This document shows positions 55,118 through 64,000 of a stretch of 64,000 bases of DNA, piece by piece (the stretch's first letter is position 1; each line of letters opens with the position of its first letter). The notes beneath the pieces were generated by a model. The model did not search any database. It was not told where the DNA came from and worked only from the letters and a program-made list of their open reading frames with translations. The stretch is from positions 33,492-97,491 of the forward strand of contig CAWAGQ010000001.1 in assembly GCA_963781585.1 (NCBI GenBank), read 5' to 3'. The DNA comes from an uncultured Gemmatimonadaceae bacterium (GTDB lineage Bacteria > Gemmatimonadota > Gemmatimonadetes > Gemmatimonadales > Gemmatimonadaceae). Made by a program: the position numbers and the translations under genes.

Positions 55118-56911
55118 CTACTTGAGTCTCGGATTCGTCGACCGCGGCGCCTTCTCGCATTCCGGCCACGTGCCGCCGCCACGGCCGCCCCGCCCCCCGC
55201 GACCGAACGCGGCCGCCTGAGCGGCCAGGTCCACGCGATCGAGCGGAATGCGCGTGGGATCCTCCGAAGCGAGATAGACCAGCATTGCGGTCAACGTGGC
55301 GTTGTACTCGAGGTCGTCGAACACGACCTTGTCATAGGTGTCGCGCTCGGTGTGCCAGGTAACGGTGCTGTAATCCCACGGCGTGGCACCCAATCCGAAG
55401 GCCGGCAGGCCGTGGCAGCCGAACGAGAAGTCGTCGCTTCCGCCGCCGGCCGGGCGTCCCGATTGCACCGGATTCCCGCCGTTGATCTGTTCGCGGAACT
55501 CGGTCGGAATCTTCGACAGCCAGTCGTTGATGTGCTCGGGTGCGTGCACCAGCCCCGCGCCGCCGACGCTCCGGATGCGCCCCGTGCCATTGTCCTGGTT
55601 GAACAGCGCCTGGAGCCCCTTGAGCACCTCTGGGTGATCCTCGGTGAACGCCTTGGAGCCCACCTCGCCTTCTTCCTCACCGCTCCAATGACCCACCAGG
55701 ATGGTGCGCTTCGGGTGGGGATAGACCTTCTTCAGGATGCGCATCGCCTCGAGCATGGTGAGCGTGCCGGTGCCGTTGTCGGTGGCGCCTGACGAGCCGT
55801 CCCACGAATCGAAGTGGGCCGACATCATCACGTACTCATCCGGATGCTCGGTCCCGCGCATGCTGGCAATCACGTTGTAGACGGGCTGCTCGCCCAGCAG
55901 CTTCCCGTCGAGGTTGAGTCGGAGCCTGGGCCTGTCGCCCTGTTCGGTGAGCCGGGCCACGAGGCCATAGTCCTCGCAGTCGAGGGCGATGGCCGGAGTC
56001 TTCGTGTTGTAGGTCTCGAAGACCTCCATTGCCCCCCACCCGGTATTGAGCGCGCCGCCGCCGAACCCCCCGCCAAACCCGCCGCGCCCTCCGCCAGCCT
56101 GTGGATTCTGCAGCGCTTCCACCATCTGCGCGGGCGACGTGCCGCCGCCCATCCGCCAGGCGAGCTTCGGCCGCGAGGTGATGATTCCACCCGCGCCCCC
56201 CTGCTCGAGGCGGACGCCGAGCTCGCCGCCGCCTAACGCGGACGAATATCCGGTGCCGCGTACGCCGGCCCGGGCGCCGCTCGACGGATCACTGGGATCA
56301 GCGCGGAAACTGGCCCAGTCACGCTGGATGGAGACCATCAGCGAATCCATCCGCGCCTTCGATTCCGGCGTTGCGTTCGCCGCCCAGTCGTCCTGGGGCC
56401 GGCACGTCGGCAGCGGCGCCGAGATCATGACGAGCTTTCCCTTCGCCTGCGGCAGCCACTGCACGAACTCGGTGCTGTCCTTGAAACGAGGCAGGATGAT
56501 CGTCTCGAGCGTGACGTCCCTGCCGCCGGTGCCCGGACTGTACCCCACCATCTGTCCCTGCAGCGTCCGCAGCCGCGGCGCCACCAGGTCGATGTGCGAG
56601 GGGCCGCGATCCCATCCGCGCCAGGTACCGTACTGCTCCTCCTTCGCGTCCACGCCCCACGTCTTATAGAGACTCACCAGCCAGTCCTGGGCGCGTTTGA
56701 TGTTGGGCGTGCCCATGAGGCGTGGTCCGAGCGAGTCGAAGAGCGCGTGCGCCTCGGCAAAGAGGTGCGTGCTGTCCATGCCCACCGCGTAGATCTGCCT
56801 GAGCACGGGATCGCTGGTGGGGAAAGACTGCGCCGCAAGCGGCGTGATCGAGCCGGCGACGAACGCTGTCGCGGCCGTGACGGAGAGGAGCGATCGATTC
56901 ATACTGAGCAT
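55118..56911 (-). CDS. Secreted M28-family metallopeptidase
   Basis: Signal peptide, SAHFDSW, GATDNGTG, GEEEG, NQDNG, GSDD, WHTERDT. Confidence 0.92.
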   Translation of the reverse strand: MLSMNRSLLSVTAATAFVAGSITPLAAQSFPTSDPVLRQIYAVGMDSTHLFAEAHALFDSLGPRLMGTPNIKRAQDWLVSLYKTWGVDAKEEQYGTWRGWDRGPSHIDLVAPRLRTLQGQMVGYSPGTGGRDVTLETIILPRFKDSTEFVQWLPQAKGKLVMISAPLPTCRPQDDWAANATPESKARMDSLMVSIQRDWASFRADPSDPSSGARAGVRGTGYSSALGGGELGVRLEQGGAGGIITSRPKLAWRMGGGTSPAQMVEALQNPQAGGGRGGFGGGFGGGALNTGWGAMEVFETYNTKTPAIALDCEDYGLVARLTEQGDRPRLRLNLDGKLLGEQPVYNVIASMRGTEHPDEYVMMSAHFDSWDGSSGATDNGTGTLTMLEAMRILKKVYPHPKRTILVGHWSGEEEGEVGSKAFTEDHPEVLKGLQALFNQDNGTGRIRSVGGAGLVHAPEHINDWLSKIPTEFREQINGGNPVQSGRPAGGGSDDFSFGCHGLPAFGLGATPWDYSTVTWHTERDTYDKVVFDDLEYNATLTAMLVYLASEDPTRIPLDRVDLAAQAAAFGRGGRGGRGGGTWPECEKAPRSTNPRLK

Positions 56912-57004
56912 CCAGCCGTTGGGTGTTCGTGGAAAAGTGCGACCACATCAATTCTAGCCCCCGGTGCACCGCGATGGGACGGACAGCGGGTGCGCCTCGT
57001 TCTC

Positions 57005-58243
57005 TCATACCGCCGCGGCGTCGGTGGCCTCCCGCAGTCGCGCCAGTGTGCCGTGAGCCACGAAGCCCGCGACCAGACACGAGATGCCGCCAAGGCCCAT
57101 CGCGTAGCGAGGGCCGACATGTTCGCCGATCCAGCCGATGATCGGGCCCCCCACCGGGGTCGATCCGAGGAACGCCACGCCCCAGAGCGCCATCACGCGC
57201 CCACGCATCGCGGAATCGGTCGCCAGCTGAAGCGTCGCATTGCCCAGCGCGAGAAACGCGATGCTGGTCGCCCCGACCACCGTCATGACCACCACTTCGA
57301 TCCACATGGTCGGCGCAATTGCCCCCGCGAGCATTGCGATCCCGAACACGATCGCCGACCGGGCGAGCGCGGTCGGCTCGCGTCGGTGACGCGTCGCGAC
57401 GAAGAGCCCGCCCGCGACCGCGCCGGTCCCCATGGATGACGACAGGAGGCTGAACGTACCGGCATCGCCATGGAACGTGAATCGGGCGAGCAGCGGCAGC
57501 ACCACCTGGAACTCGAACGCCAGTGTCCCGATCACCGCCATCATCAACAGGGGCGCAAGCAGAGCGGGTGTGGAGCGTACATACCGCAGACCCTCGAGCA
57601 GTTGTCCGCGCCTGCGGGGCTGCGGCGGCACGCGGTGCAGATCGCTCTCGCGCATCAGGAAGAGCGCCGCCACGATTGCGAGATAGGACGCTGCGTTCAA
57701 CAGGAAACAGGGCCCGAGGCCAAGCGTGGTAATCAGCAGGCCGGCGCCGGCCGGCCCGAAGATCCGCGCCAGGTTCACCATCACCGAATTGAGGCTCACG
57801 GCGTTGGGGAGCTGATCCCGCCCGACCATCTCGAGCACGAACGACTGGCGCGTGGGAGTATCCAGCGTGTTGACCAGCCCGAGCGCGGTGGCAAGCGCGT
57901 AGACCATCCAGAGCCGCACCACGCCGGTTTCAACGAGCAGACCGAGCGCCAGCGCGAGCAGCCCGGCCGCCACCTGCGTGACGAAGAGCATCCGCCGCTT
58001 GTCAATGCGGTCGGCAATCACGCCCCCGAGCGGCCCGAGCAGCAGCACCGGAAGGAATTGCAGTGCCGACACCACGCCCAGCGACGTACCGCTGTCGGTG
58101 AGCTTGAGCACCAGCCACGCCTGTGCCACCCGCTGCATCCAGGTGCCGGTTAGCGAGACCATCTGGCCGCCGATGTAGAGGCGGTAGTTGCGGACCTGGA
58201 GGGAGGAGAAAGTGCGGCCGAGCGTGGAGAGGAGAAAGCTCAC
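57005..58243 (-). CDS. MFS transporter (MFS_3-like)
   Basis: NYRLYIGGQMVSLTGTWMQ, GGVIADRIDKRR, PTRQSF, MRGRVM. Confidence 0.92.
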   Translation of the reverse strand: MSFLLSTLGRTFSSLQVRNYRLYIGGQMVSLTGTWMQRVAQAWLVLKLTDSGTSLGVVSALQFLPVLLLGPLGGVIADRIDKRRMLFVTQVAAGLLALALGLLVETGVVRLWMVYALATALGLVNTLDTPTRQSFVLEMVGRDQLPNAVSLNSVMVNLARIFGPAGAGLLITTLGLGPCFLLNAASYLAIVAALFLMRESDLHRVPPQPRRRGQLLEGLRYVRSTPALLAPLLMMAVIGTLAFEFQVVLPLLARFTFHGDAGTFSLLSSSMGTGAVAGGLFVATRHRREPTALARSAIVFGIAMLAGAIAPTMWIEVVVMTVVGATSIAFLALGNATLQLATDSAMRGRVMALWGVAFLGSTPVGGPIIGWIGEHVGPRYAMGLGGISCLVAGFVAHGTLARLREATDAAAV

Positions 58244-58473
58244 GCGAGACTCGAGGGGAGGCTGAACGCCGACGACATGTACTGGGCTCCTGTGAAGATG
58301 ACGGCGTGCGCCCGAAAGGGGGAACGCGGAGTTCGCGGACGGACGCGAAAAAACGCTGAGAAATGCGGGCCGGCTTCAGACGCAAGGGCAACGGCATGAG
58401 CGAAGACGACGTGCTGTTCGGCTGGCGCGTCAACTCGACACGACCTATTGCGTTCCCATACGAGGGGACCTAG

Positions 58474-58498
58474 GTTCCTATGGCAAAGCAATAGGAAC
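58474..58498. promoter_or_regulatory. Inverted repeat GTTCCTATGGC-AAA-GCAATAGGAAC, putative operator
   Basis: 11-bp arms with one mismatch between divergent genes; extra half-site CCTATTGC at 58444-58451. Confidence 0.45.
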
Positions 58499-58511
58499 GA
58501 GGGCTGCCGAC

Positions 58512-59490
58512 ATGCCGACTCGTGATCGTAATCCCGGGCGTCGCCTGCGCCGCAGCGCGCTCCTCCTGCTGCTCCTCCTCGCGCCGCGGCTGGCTGCCCA
58601 GGCGCGTCACGAGCTGATCCGCGGCCGCGTCACGACCGACAGCGGCACGGCGATCGCGGAGGCGGAGGTCCTGGCGACGATGGCGCCGAATCGCGACGTC
58701 TTTCGTGGGTCGACGGACTCGACCGGCCGCTACGAAATCGACGTGCCACAGGGCATGGGCGACTACCTGCTGTACATTCGGGCCGAAGGACGGAAGACGT
58801 TTCGCCGGCGCGTCACACGGAGCGGCGCCGACTCGGTCTTCATCGTGGATGCTGTGCTGGGGCCTCCCGGCGTCGCCCGACCCGGTGCTCTACTACGTGC
58901 GCGGGTTCGACCCGTCGTCGCGCCGCTTCGAGTATGCAGTGAACCCGCGCTTCGGCGACTCCCGTCCGCAGGTCACCGCGTCCTCCCAGCCGTTTCGTGT
59001 CTCGATCGACATATCGTTAGGCCTGACCGGCAACATCCAGAACCAGCAGGCGGCGTACTACCTGCGGCCACTGCGCAGCGCCCCCGGCCGACGCGCCCCC
59101 GCCGACTCGATCCTGGCACGGATCCGCTCGACGGGCGCCAGTGCCCTTGCCCCCTACTATTGGCTCCTCCAGAACGCCGACTCGCTCCTCCTCTCCCCGG
59201 AGCAGTACGCCGCACTGGTCGATGCCAACGCGCGCTATCAGCGCATGGTGGATTCCACTTGGATGGCGCTGGCGACCGACCTGGCGGCCGTGCCCGACGA
59301 ATTCGATCCGGCCGGCGTGCTGGCGCGGATCAGCAAGGGACAGCGTGACGCGTTCGCAGTGGCGAGGGAATTCGAGGTCGTCGGCGGCATCCTGAATCCG
59401 ATCCAGCTCCGCCTGGTTCCGGAGTTCATCTCGCGTGGCGTCGAGCAGGCGCGAAAGAACCCGGCTGGGACGCCGCCCCGGCCGCCGTAA
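58512..59490 (+). pseudogene. Carboxypeptidase-regulatory-like-domain protein; N- and C-terminal parts joined out of frame
   Basis: Signal peptide plus IRGRVT..TDSTGRY..GDYLL domain to about 58860, then a different frame WGLPASPDPVLYYVRGFDP..VNPRFG..PFRVSIDISL to the stop at 59490. Confidence 0.65.
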
Positions 59491-59556
59491 CCGCAGCTCC
59501 ATTGACGGGCGCGTGACGCGCGCGATGATCAGTCCGTGCTGACGGGAGACGACGGA

Positions 59557-59901
59557 ATGTCCGGTAAGGTCGATGTCTGGCAGGGCACGCTCGCCCTCAT
59601 GGTCCTCAAGACGCTCGACGCGCACGGCGCCGAGCACGGTTATGGTATCGCGCGCCAGATCGAGAGCACGAGTCGAAACATGCTCGCGCTCAACTACGGC
59701 ACGCTGTATCCCGCGCTCCTCAAGCTCGAGCAGCATGGCTTCATCAAGGGCGAGTGGCGGCCGTCCGAGAACAACCGGCGGGCCAAGTATTACAGCCTCA
59801 CGCGCGGCGGGCAGCGACACCTCGCACGCGAGGCCGAGCAATGGCGCCAGACGAGCCGCATCATCGATCTCTTTCTCTCGCCTTCGCCAGAGGCAGGATG
59901 A
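59557..59901 (+). CDS. PadR-family transcriptional regulator (acidobacterial type)
   Basis: QGTLALMVLKTL..HGYGIARQIE..GTLYPAL..SENNRRAKYY; GGGAG RBS. Confidence 0.94.
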   Translation: MSGKVDVWQGTLALMVLKTLDAHGAEHGYGIARQIESTSRNMLALNYGTLYPALLKLEQHGFIKGEWRPSENNRRAKYYSLTRGGQRHLAREAEQWRQTSRIIDLFLSPSPEAG

Positions 59902-62513
59902 GCGCCCTGCGCATGTGGCTGGCCCGGCTGGCGGGATCGTTCGGTCGTGCGCGCCGCGAGCGTGACCTGGCCGACGAGCTCGAGGCACACCTGCAGCTGG
60001 AGATCGACGAGTACCTGCGCGCGGGGTTGAGTCCCGCCGAGGCGAGGCGGCGCGCCCTCATCCACTCGGGCGGTATGGAAGCCGCGAAGGAGGCCTACCG
60101 CGACCAGCGCAGCCTCCCTGTGGCCGAACGGCTGGTCCGTTCGCTGCAACATGCCGGCCGCGCGCTGCGGCGCAGTCCGGGCTTTTCGAGCGCCGTCATC
60201 GTGTCGCTCGCGCTGGGAGTGGGGGCCAACACGTCGCTGTTCACCATCTTCCAGGCGGTGCTCCTTCGGCCGTTGCCGTTCGGCGACCCGCAGGAGCTGG
60301 TGTCGGTCGGAACAACGTTCCTCGGCTGGCAGGTGATCAGCCCTGATGTTGATGCCTGGCGGCGCGAGAGCCGAAGCATCACGGAACTCGCCACGGTCAG
60401 CTCCCACCCCGCCGCGGTGTCCGGCCATGCCCTCACGGAGTTCGTCGACGGCGCGATCGCGTCATCCAACCTGCTGCAGGTTCTGCGCATCCGGACGGCG
60501 CTCGGGCGATGGTTCTCTGAGGACGAGGAGAGGGATTCTGCGCGCGTTGTGGTCCTGAGCCAGGCTCTGTGGCGGCGTCAGTTTGCCGGCGACACCGGCG
60601 TAATAGGCCAGATGCTTCGCGTCGACGGGAGCCCGCGAACGGTAGTCGGAGTGCTGGCCGAAGGAACCGGGCTCCCCCTGGACGCTCAGCTGTGGCTGCC
60701 GGGTAACGCGATGCTAACGGAGGTCGTCGCGCGCCGTCACAGTGGACTTCCGCGAGACGCAGCGAGGAACGAGCTCGAACGGCTGTCGCCTAGCATCGCC
60801 AACCTCCGAAAGCACGGAACCGAATCGCAGGTTGTGGTGACATCACTGCACGACCGACTGTACGGCACAGCGCGCCCCGCGCTGCGACTGCTGTTCGGCG
60901 CTGTGCTCCTCCTGCTCCTGCTCGCCTGCGTGAACGTCGCGAATCTCTCCCTCGCGCGAACACTGGAACGGCGTCGTGAGTTGGCAATGCGCGCAACGCT
61001 GGGCGCCAGCCGCTGGTCGCTCACCCTGGACGTGCTTGCCGAGAACGTCCTGCTCGCGACCGGCGGCGCCGGGCTGGGCGCATTGGCAGCGCTGTGGACG
61101 ACACGATTCTTCGTGCGACTGAGTCCCGCGGACATTACGCAGGCCGGGCCAATCGCGGTAAACGCCGGATCGTTGCTGTTCGCGGGAATCACCGGTGCCC
61201 TGGTCTCGCTTCTGGTGAGCGTTGGTCCCGCCGTCGCGGCACTGCGGATGGACCTGCAGCTGGTGCTGGGGCAGGGCGGTGCGCGGGCTGGTCGGGGTCG
61301 TGTGGCGCGGCGCGTGCGCCGAACGCTCGTGGTCGGTCAGCTTGCCCTCGCGCTCCTGCTGATCGTCGGCGCGGGCCTGCTGTTGCGGAGCATGAGCCGA
61401 CTGATGCGCGCGGATCTCGGCTTCCGTGCCGGCGGCGTTGCGGTCGCGAGCATCACGACCGCTGCCAGCGACCGCTATGAGACGACATCCAGCGCACGGC
61501 GCCTGTTCGACGACCTGGAAGAGCGTCTTCGTGGGCTTCCCGGCGTCCAGGAGGTCACGTTCGGCGAGGCTCCCCTCGTGGCGGGCACACAGGACGGGGT
61601 TCGCGAGGGATTCAGCATGATCTTTTCGATTCGCCGCGCGGGGCAGGATTCGGCCAACACGGTGATGTGGGCGAACTACGTCGATGCGGGATACCTGGCG
61701 ACCTTTCACATTCCGTTGCTAGCCGGTCGCGGGATTCTCGCGACCGATGACTCCACGGCACCGGCGGTGGCGGTGGTCACGGCAAGCGCGGCCAGAATCC
61801 TGTTCGGGACGGATCAGGCGGTGGGGCGTGCGCTCGATCACGTCCCGCCAAATATGAGCCGCGGGCGGGACATCACCGTGGTCGGCGTCGTTCGCGACGT
61901 GCGCCAGCGCGACGTGGCGGTGCCCGCGGTACCGGAAGTCCTGCTCCCGGTCGCTCAACAGGATGTGCTGCTCCGCCGCGGGTCCATTGCCCTGCGCACG
62001 ACCGGCGATCCCGACGGCCTCATTCGGAGTGTGCGGCGCCTCCTGCGGGAGGTGGACCCCGATCTCGCCACCACCAGGCTGACCACGATGCAGTCAGTAG
62101 TCGACGCGTCGCTGGCCCCGCGTCGCTTTCTCCTGTTGCTGATGGGCGCGTTTGCGGCACTCGCCATGGCGCTCGCGGTGCTCGGTCTCTACGCAGTGGT
62201 GTCGTACCTCGTCGCGCGGCGCACGCAGGAGATCGGGGTCCGGATGGCGCTCGGGGCCACGCGCGCGGATGTGCGGCGCCTGGTGCTGGGCGAGGGCGCG
62301 CGCCTGGTGGCGATCGGCATCGCCGTCGGCGCACCGGCGGCGTACGTGCTGAGCCAAGTGCTGACGAACTTCCTGTACGAGGTGGAGCCACACGACGGGT
62401 TCACGTTTGCCGTGGCACCGCTGGCGCTTGCCGCCGCTGCGCTCCTCGCCTCCTGGGGCCCGGCGCGGCGCGCCACGCGCGTCGATCCCGCGAGCACCCT
62501 GCGGCTGGACTGA
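59898..62513 (+). CDS. ADOP-family duplicated orphan ABC permease
   Basis: Prefix domain DLADELEAHL..EARRRAL..KEAYRDQR; ACVNVANL..RRRELAMRATLGA; RRTQEIGVRMALGA..VDPASTLRLD; ATGA overlap with padR. Confidence 0.93.
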   Translation: MSALRMWLARLAGSFGRARRERDLADELEAHLQLEIDEYLRAGLSPAEARRRALIHSGGMEAAKEAYRDQRSLPVAERLVRSLQHAGRALRRSPGFSSAVIVSLALGVGANTSLFTIFQAVLLRPLPFGDPQELVSVGTTFLGWQVISPDVDAWRRESRSITELATVSSHPAAVSGHALTEFVDGAIASSNLLQVLRIRTALGRWFSEDEERDSARVVVLSQALWRRQFAGDTGVIGQMLRVDGSPRTVVGVLAEGTGLPLDAQLWLPGNAMLTEVVARRHSGLPRDAARNELERLSPSIANLRKHGTESQVVVTSLHDRLYGTARPALRLLFGAVLLLLLLACVNVANLSLARTLERRRELAMRATLGASRWSLTLDVLAENVLLATGGAGLGALAALWTTRFFVRLSPADITQAGPIAVNAGSLLFAGITGALVSLLVSVGPAVAALRMDLQLVLGQGGARAGRGRVARRVRRTLVVGQLALALLLIVGAGLLLRSMSRLMRADLGFRAGGVAVASITTAASDRYETTSSARRLFDDLEERLRGLPGVQEVTFGEAPLVAGTQDGVREGFSMIFSIRRAGQDSANTVMWANYVDAGYLATFHIPLLAGRGILATDDSTAPAVAVVTASAARILFGTDQAVGRALDHVPPNMSRGRDITVVGVVRDVRQRDVAVPAVPEVLLPVAQQDVLLRRGSIALRTTGDPDGLIRSVRRLLREVDPDLATTRLTTMQSVVDASLAPRRFLLLLMGAFAALAMALAVLGLYAVVSYLVARRTQEIGVRMALGATRADVRRLVLGEGARLVAIGIAVGAPAAYVLSQVLTNFLYEVEPHDGFTFAVAPLALAAAALLASWGPARRATRVDPASTLRLD

Positions 62514-62523
62514 GCTCCTCCGG

Positions 62524-63780
62524 CTACCCGAGCTTCTCGTCCAGCCGCAGCACCGCGCCGAGCAGCACGTTCGCCCCGTTCACCACGTCCTCATCGCGCG
62601 TGAACTCGCGTGGCGAATGGCTGATGCCGCCCACGCTCGGCACGAACAGCATTCCGGCTGGACAGATCGTCGCCAGGTTCTGGGCATCGTGGCCGGCGCC
62701 GCTCGGCATGGTCAGCGACGAGAGCGCGAGCGCGGCGGCGGCGGCCGCGGTCGCTTCGCGAACCCGCGGATCGGTGTACGCAGCCACGGAGTTCATCGTC
62801 GGACGGAAGTCGACGATCGTCCGTGTTTCGGCCGCAATCCGCTCAGCCTCGGAGGTGATGGCCGCGAACAACGCCTCGACCCGCGCCGGATCGAGATCAC
62901 GAAGTTCCAGGGTGGCGGTGGCGCTGCCGGCGATCACGTTAGGCGCCGCCGGAGAGAGGGTGAGCCGGCCCACGGTCCCCACCTGGCGCCCGGGCATCGA
63001 CGTCACCACCTGGTTGACGGCGTCCACGAACCGCGCGGCGGCGAGCAGCGCGTCGTGGCGGTCGGCCATGGGCGTGGTCCCGGCGTGCGACGCGACTCCC
63101 TCGAACGTGACGTCCCAGTAGTGGATCCCGACGATGCCCTCCACGATCCCGATATCCGCGCCGCCGCGCTCCAGCGTCCGCCCCTGCTCGATGTGCAGCT
63201 CCAGATACGCGGCGATGCTTCCGGCGGGACGCACCGCACCGCGGAGCCTGCCGGGATCGCCCCCCAGACGCCGGATCCCGTCGCCGATTGTGTAGCCGCT
63301 GACCGCGGTGAGCGACAATTCGTCGACGGAGAGCTTGCCGGCCATCGCCTTGCTCCCGAGGATGCCTCCCTCCTCGTTCTGGAAGTTCACCACCTCGAAC
63401 GGGCGCCGGAGCCGGGTGGCGCGCTCCGCCAGGCGGCGGGCCACCTCGAGCGCCGCCAGAACACCTAACGACCCATCGAACCGGCCTCCATCGGGAACGG
63501 TGTCGGTGTGCGAGCCCATCATGATGGGCTTCGCGCGCTCCGGTGGCGCGCCGGGCAGGCGCCCGATGGTGTTTCCGGCGGCGTCCACGCGCACCGTCAG
63601 CCCGGCCTCGCGCATCCAGCTCATCACGACCTCGCGGGCGCGGACGTCTTCGTCGCCGTACGCCGGCCGGTTCACGCCGCCGCCTGGAGTGACGCCGATG
63701 GTCGCCAGTCGCCCCAGGTCGTCGAGCAGGCGCTCGCCGTTCACACGCGGGGCGTCAGGGAGGTCGGGCGGATTGGTCAT
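62524..63780 (-). CDS. M20-family Zn amidohydrolase (allantoate/N-carbamoyl-amino-acid hydrolase type)
   Basis: GSHTDTVPDGGRFDG, NEEG, ELHIEQG, HAGTTPM, SGAGHDA, GISHSP. Confidence 0.93.
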   Translation of the reverse strand: MTNPPDLPDAPRVNGERLLDDLGRLATIGVTPGGGVNRPAYGDEDVRAREVVMSWMREAGLTVRVDAAGNTIGRLPGAPPERAKPIMMGSHTDTVPDGGRFDGSLGVLAALEVARRLAERATRLRRPFEVVNFQNEEGGILGSKAMAGKLSVDELSLTAVSGYTIGDGIRRLGGDPGRLRGAVRPAGSIAAYLELHIEQGRTLERGGADIGIVEGIVGIHYWDVTFEGVASHAGTTPMADRHDALLAAARFVDAVNQVVTSMPGRQVGTVGRLTLSPAAPNVIAGSATATLELRDLDPARVEALFAAITSEAERIAAETRTIVDFRPTMNSVAAYTDPRVREATAAAAAALALSSLTMPSGAGHDAQNLATICPAGMLFVPSVGGISHSPREFTRDEDVVNGANVLLGAVLRLDEKLG

Positions 63781-63890
63781 GATCGGCGAGACCGCTTTCC
63801 CATGCCCCCGCCGCCGGCGCACAACCGCGGACGAACGCGGTGCCGGCCCAGGGGACGCGCTGCTTCGCGCATTCCAACCATCCGCACCGG

Positions 63891-63998
63891 TCAGGACACG
63901 GCGCCGACCGCTGTCTCGCTGGCGATGGCCCGTTCGCCCTGCCGCCGCGTGGCGAGCGAGACCAGCGCGAGCACCACCACGTTCACCACCAGCGCCAC
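63891..63998 (-). CDS. C-terminal end of a membrane transporter (possibly sodium:solute symporter), partial
   Basis: My translation: ..VALVVNVVVLALVSLATRRQGERAIASETAVGAVS*; the frame is open to the window edge. Confidence 0.55.
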   Translation of the reverse strand: MALVVNVVVLALVSLATRRQGERAIASETAVGAVS

Positions 63999-64000
63999 GA

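Overview
High-GC (roughly 69% by eye) bacterial chromosomal window. The gene content suggests Gemmatimonadota or Acidobacteriota: four Hanks-type Ser/Thr kinases, two PadR + ADOP orphan-permease pairs, and secreted hydrolases with Gly-rich inserts. It encodes cytochrome bd (cydAB), glgX-treY, two GT-C-like membrane glycosyltransferases, S9/M1/M28 peptidases, a BNR/Asp-box propeller protein followed by DUF969-DUF979-DUF2891, a GH29 fucosidase with a non-phosphorylative L-fucose pathway, a PAS-GGDEF-EAL protein, a Tat amidase, an MFS transporter and an M20 amidohydrolase. I saw no rRNA, tRNA, CRISPR array, integrase or transposase. The strongest unexplained signal is the non-palindromic octamer CGTTAGGC/GCCTAACG. 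I counted 18 exact copies by eye (9 per strand) plus 6 one-mismatch copies. They sit inside unrelated genes in three different reading registers and use codons that are rare at this GC content, which points to DNA-level selection for a dispersed site. Other signals: GGGGTCAGA-type 19-bp repeats, heptamer tandem arrays in divergent promoter regions, a 149-nt element closed by a 19-bp stem, mini-ORFs bridging operon junctions, an internally deleted gene, and four +1 frameshifts that look like sequencing errors. All product calls come from motif recognition only; no searches were run.
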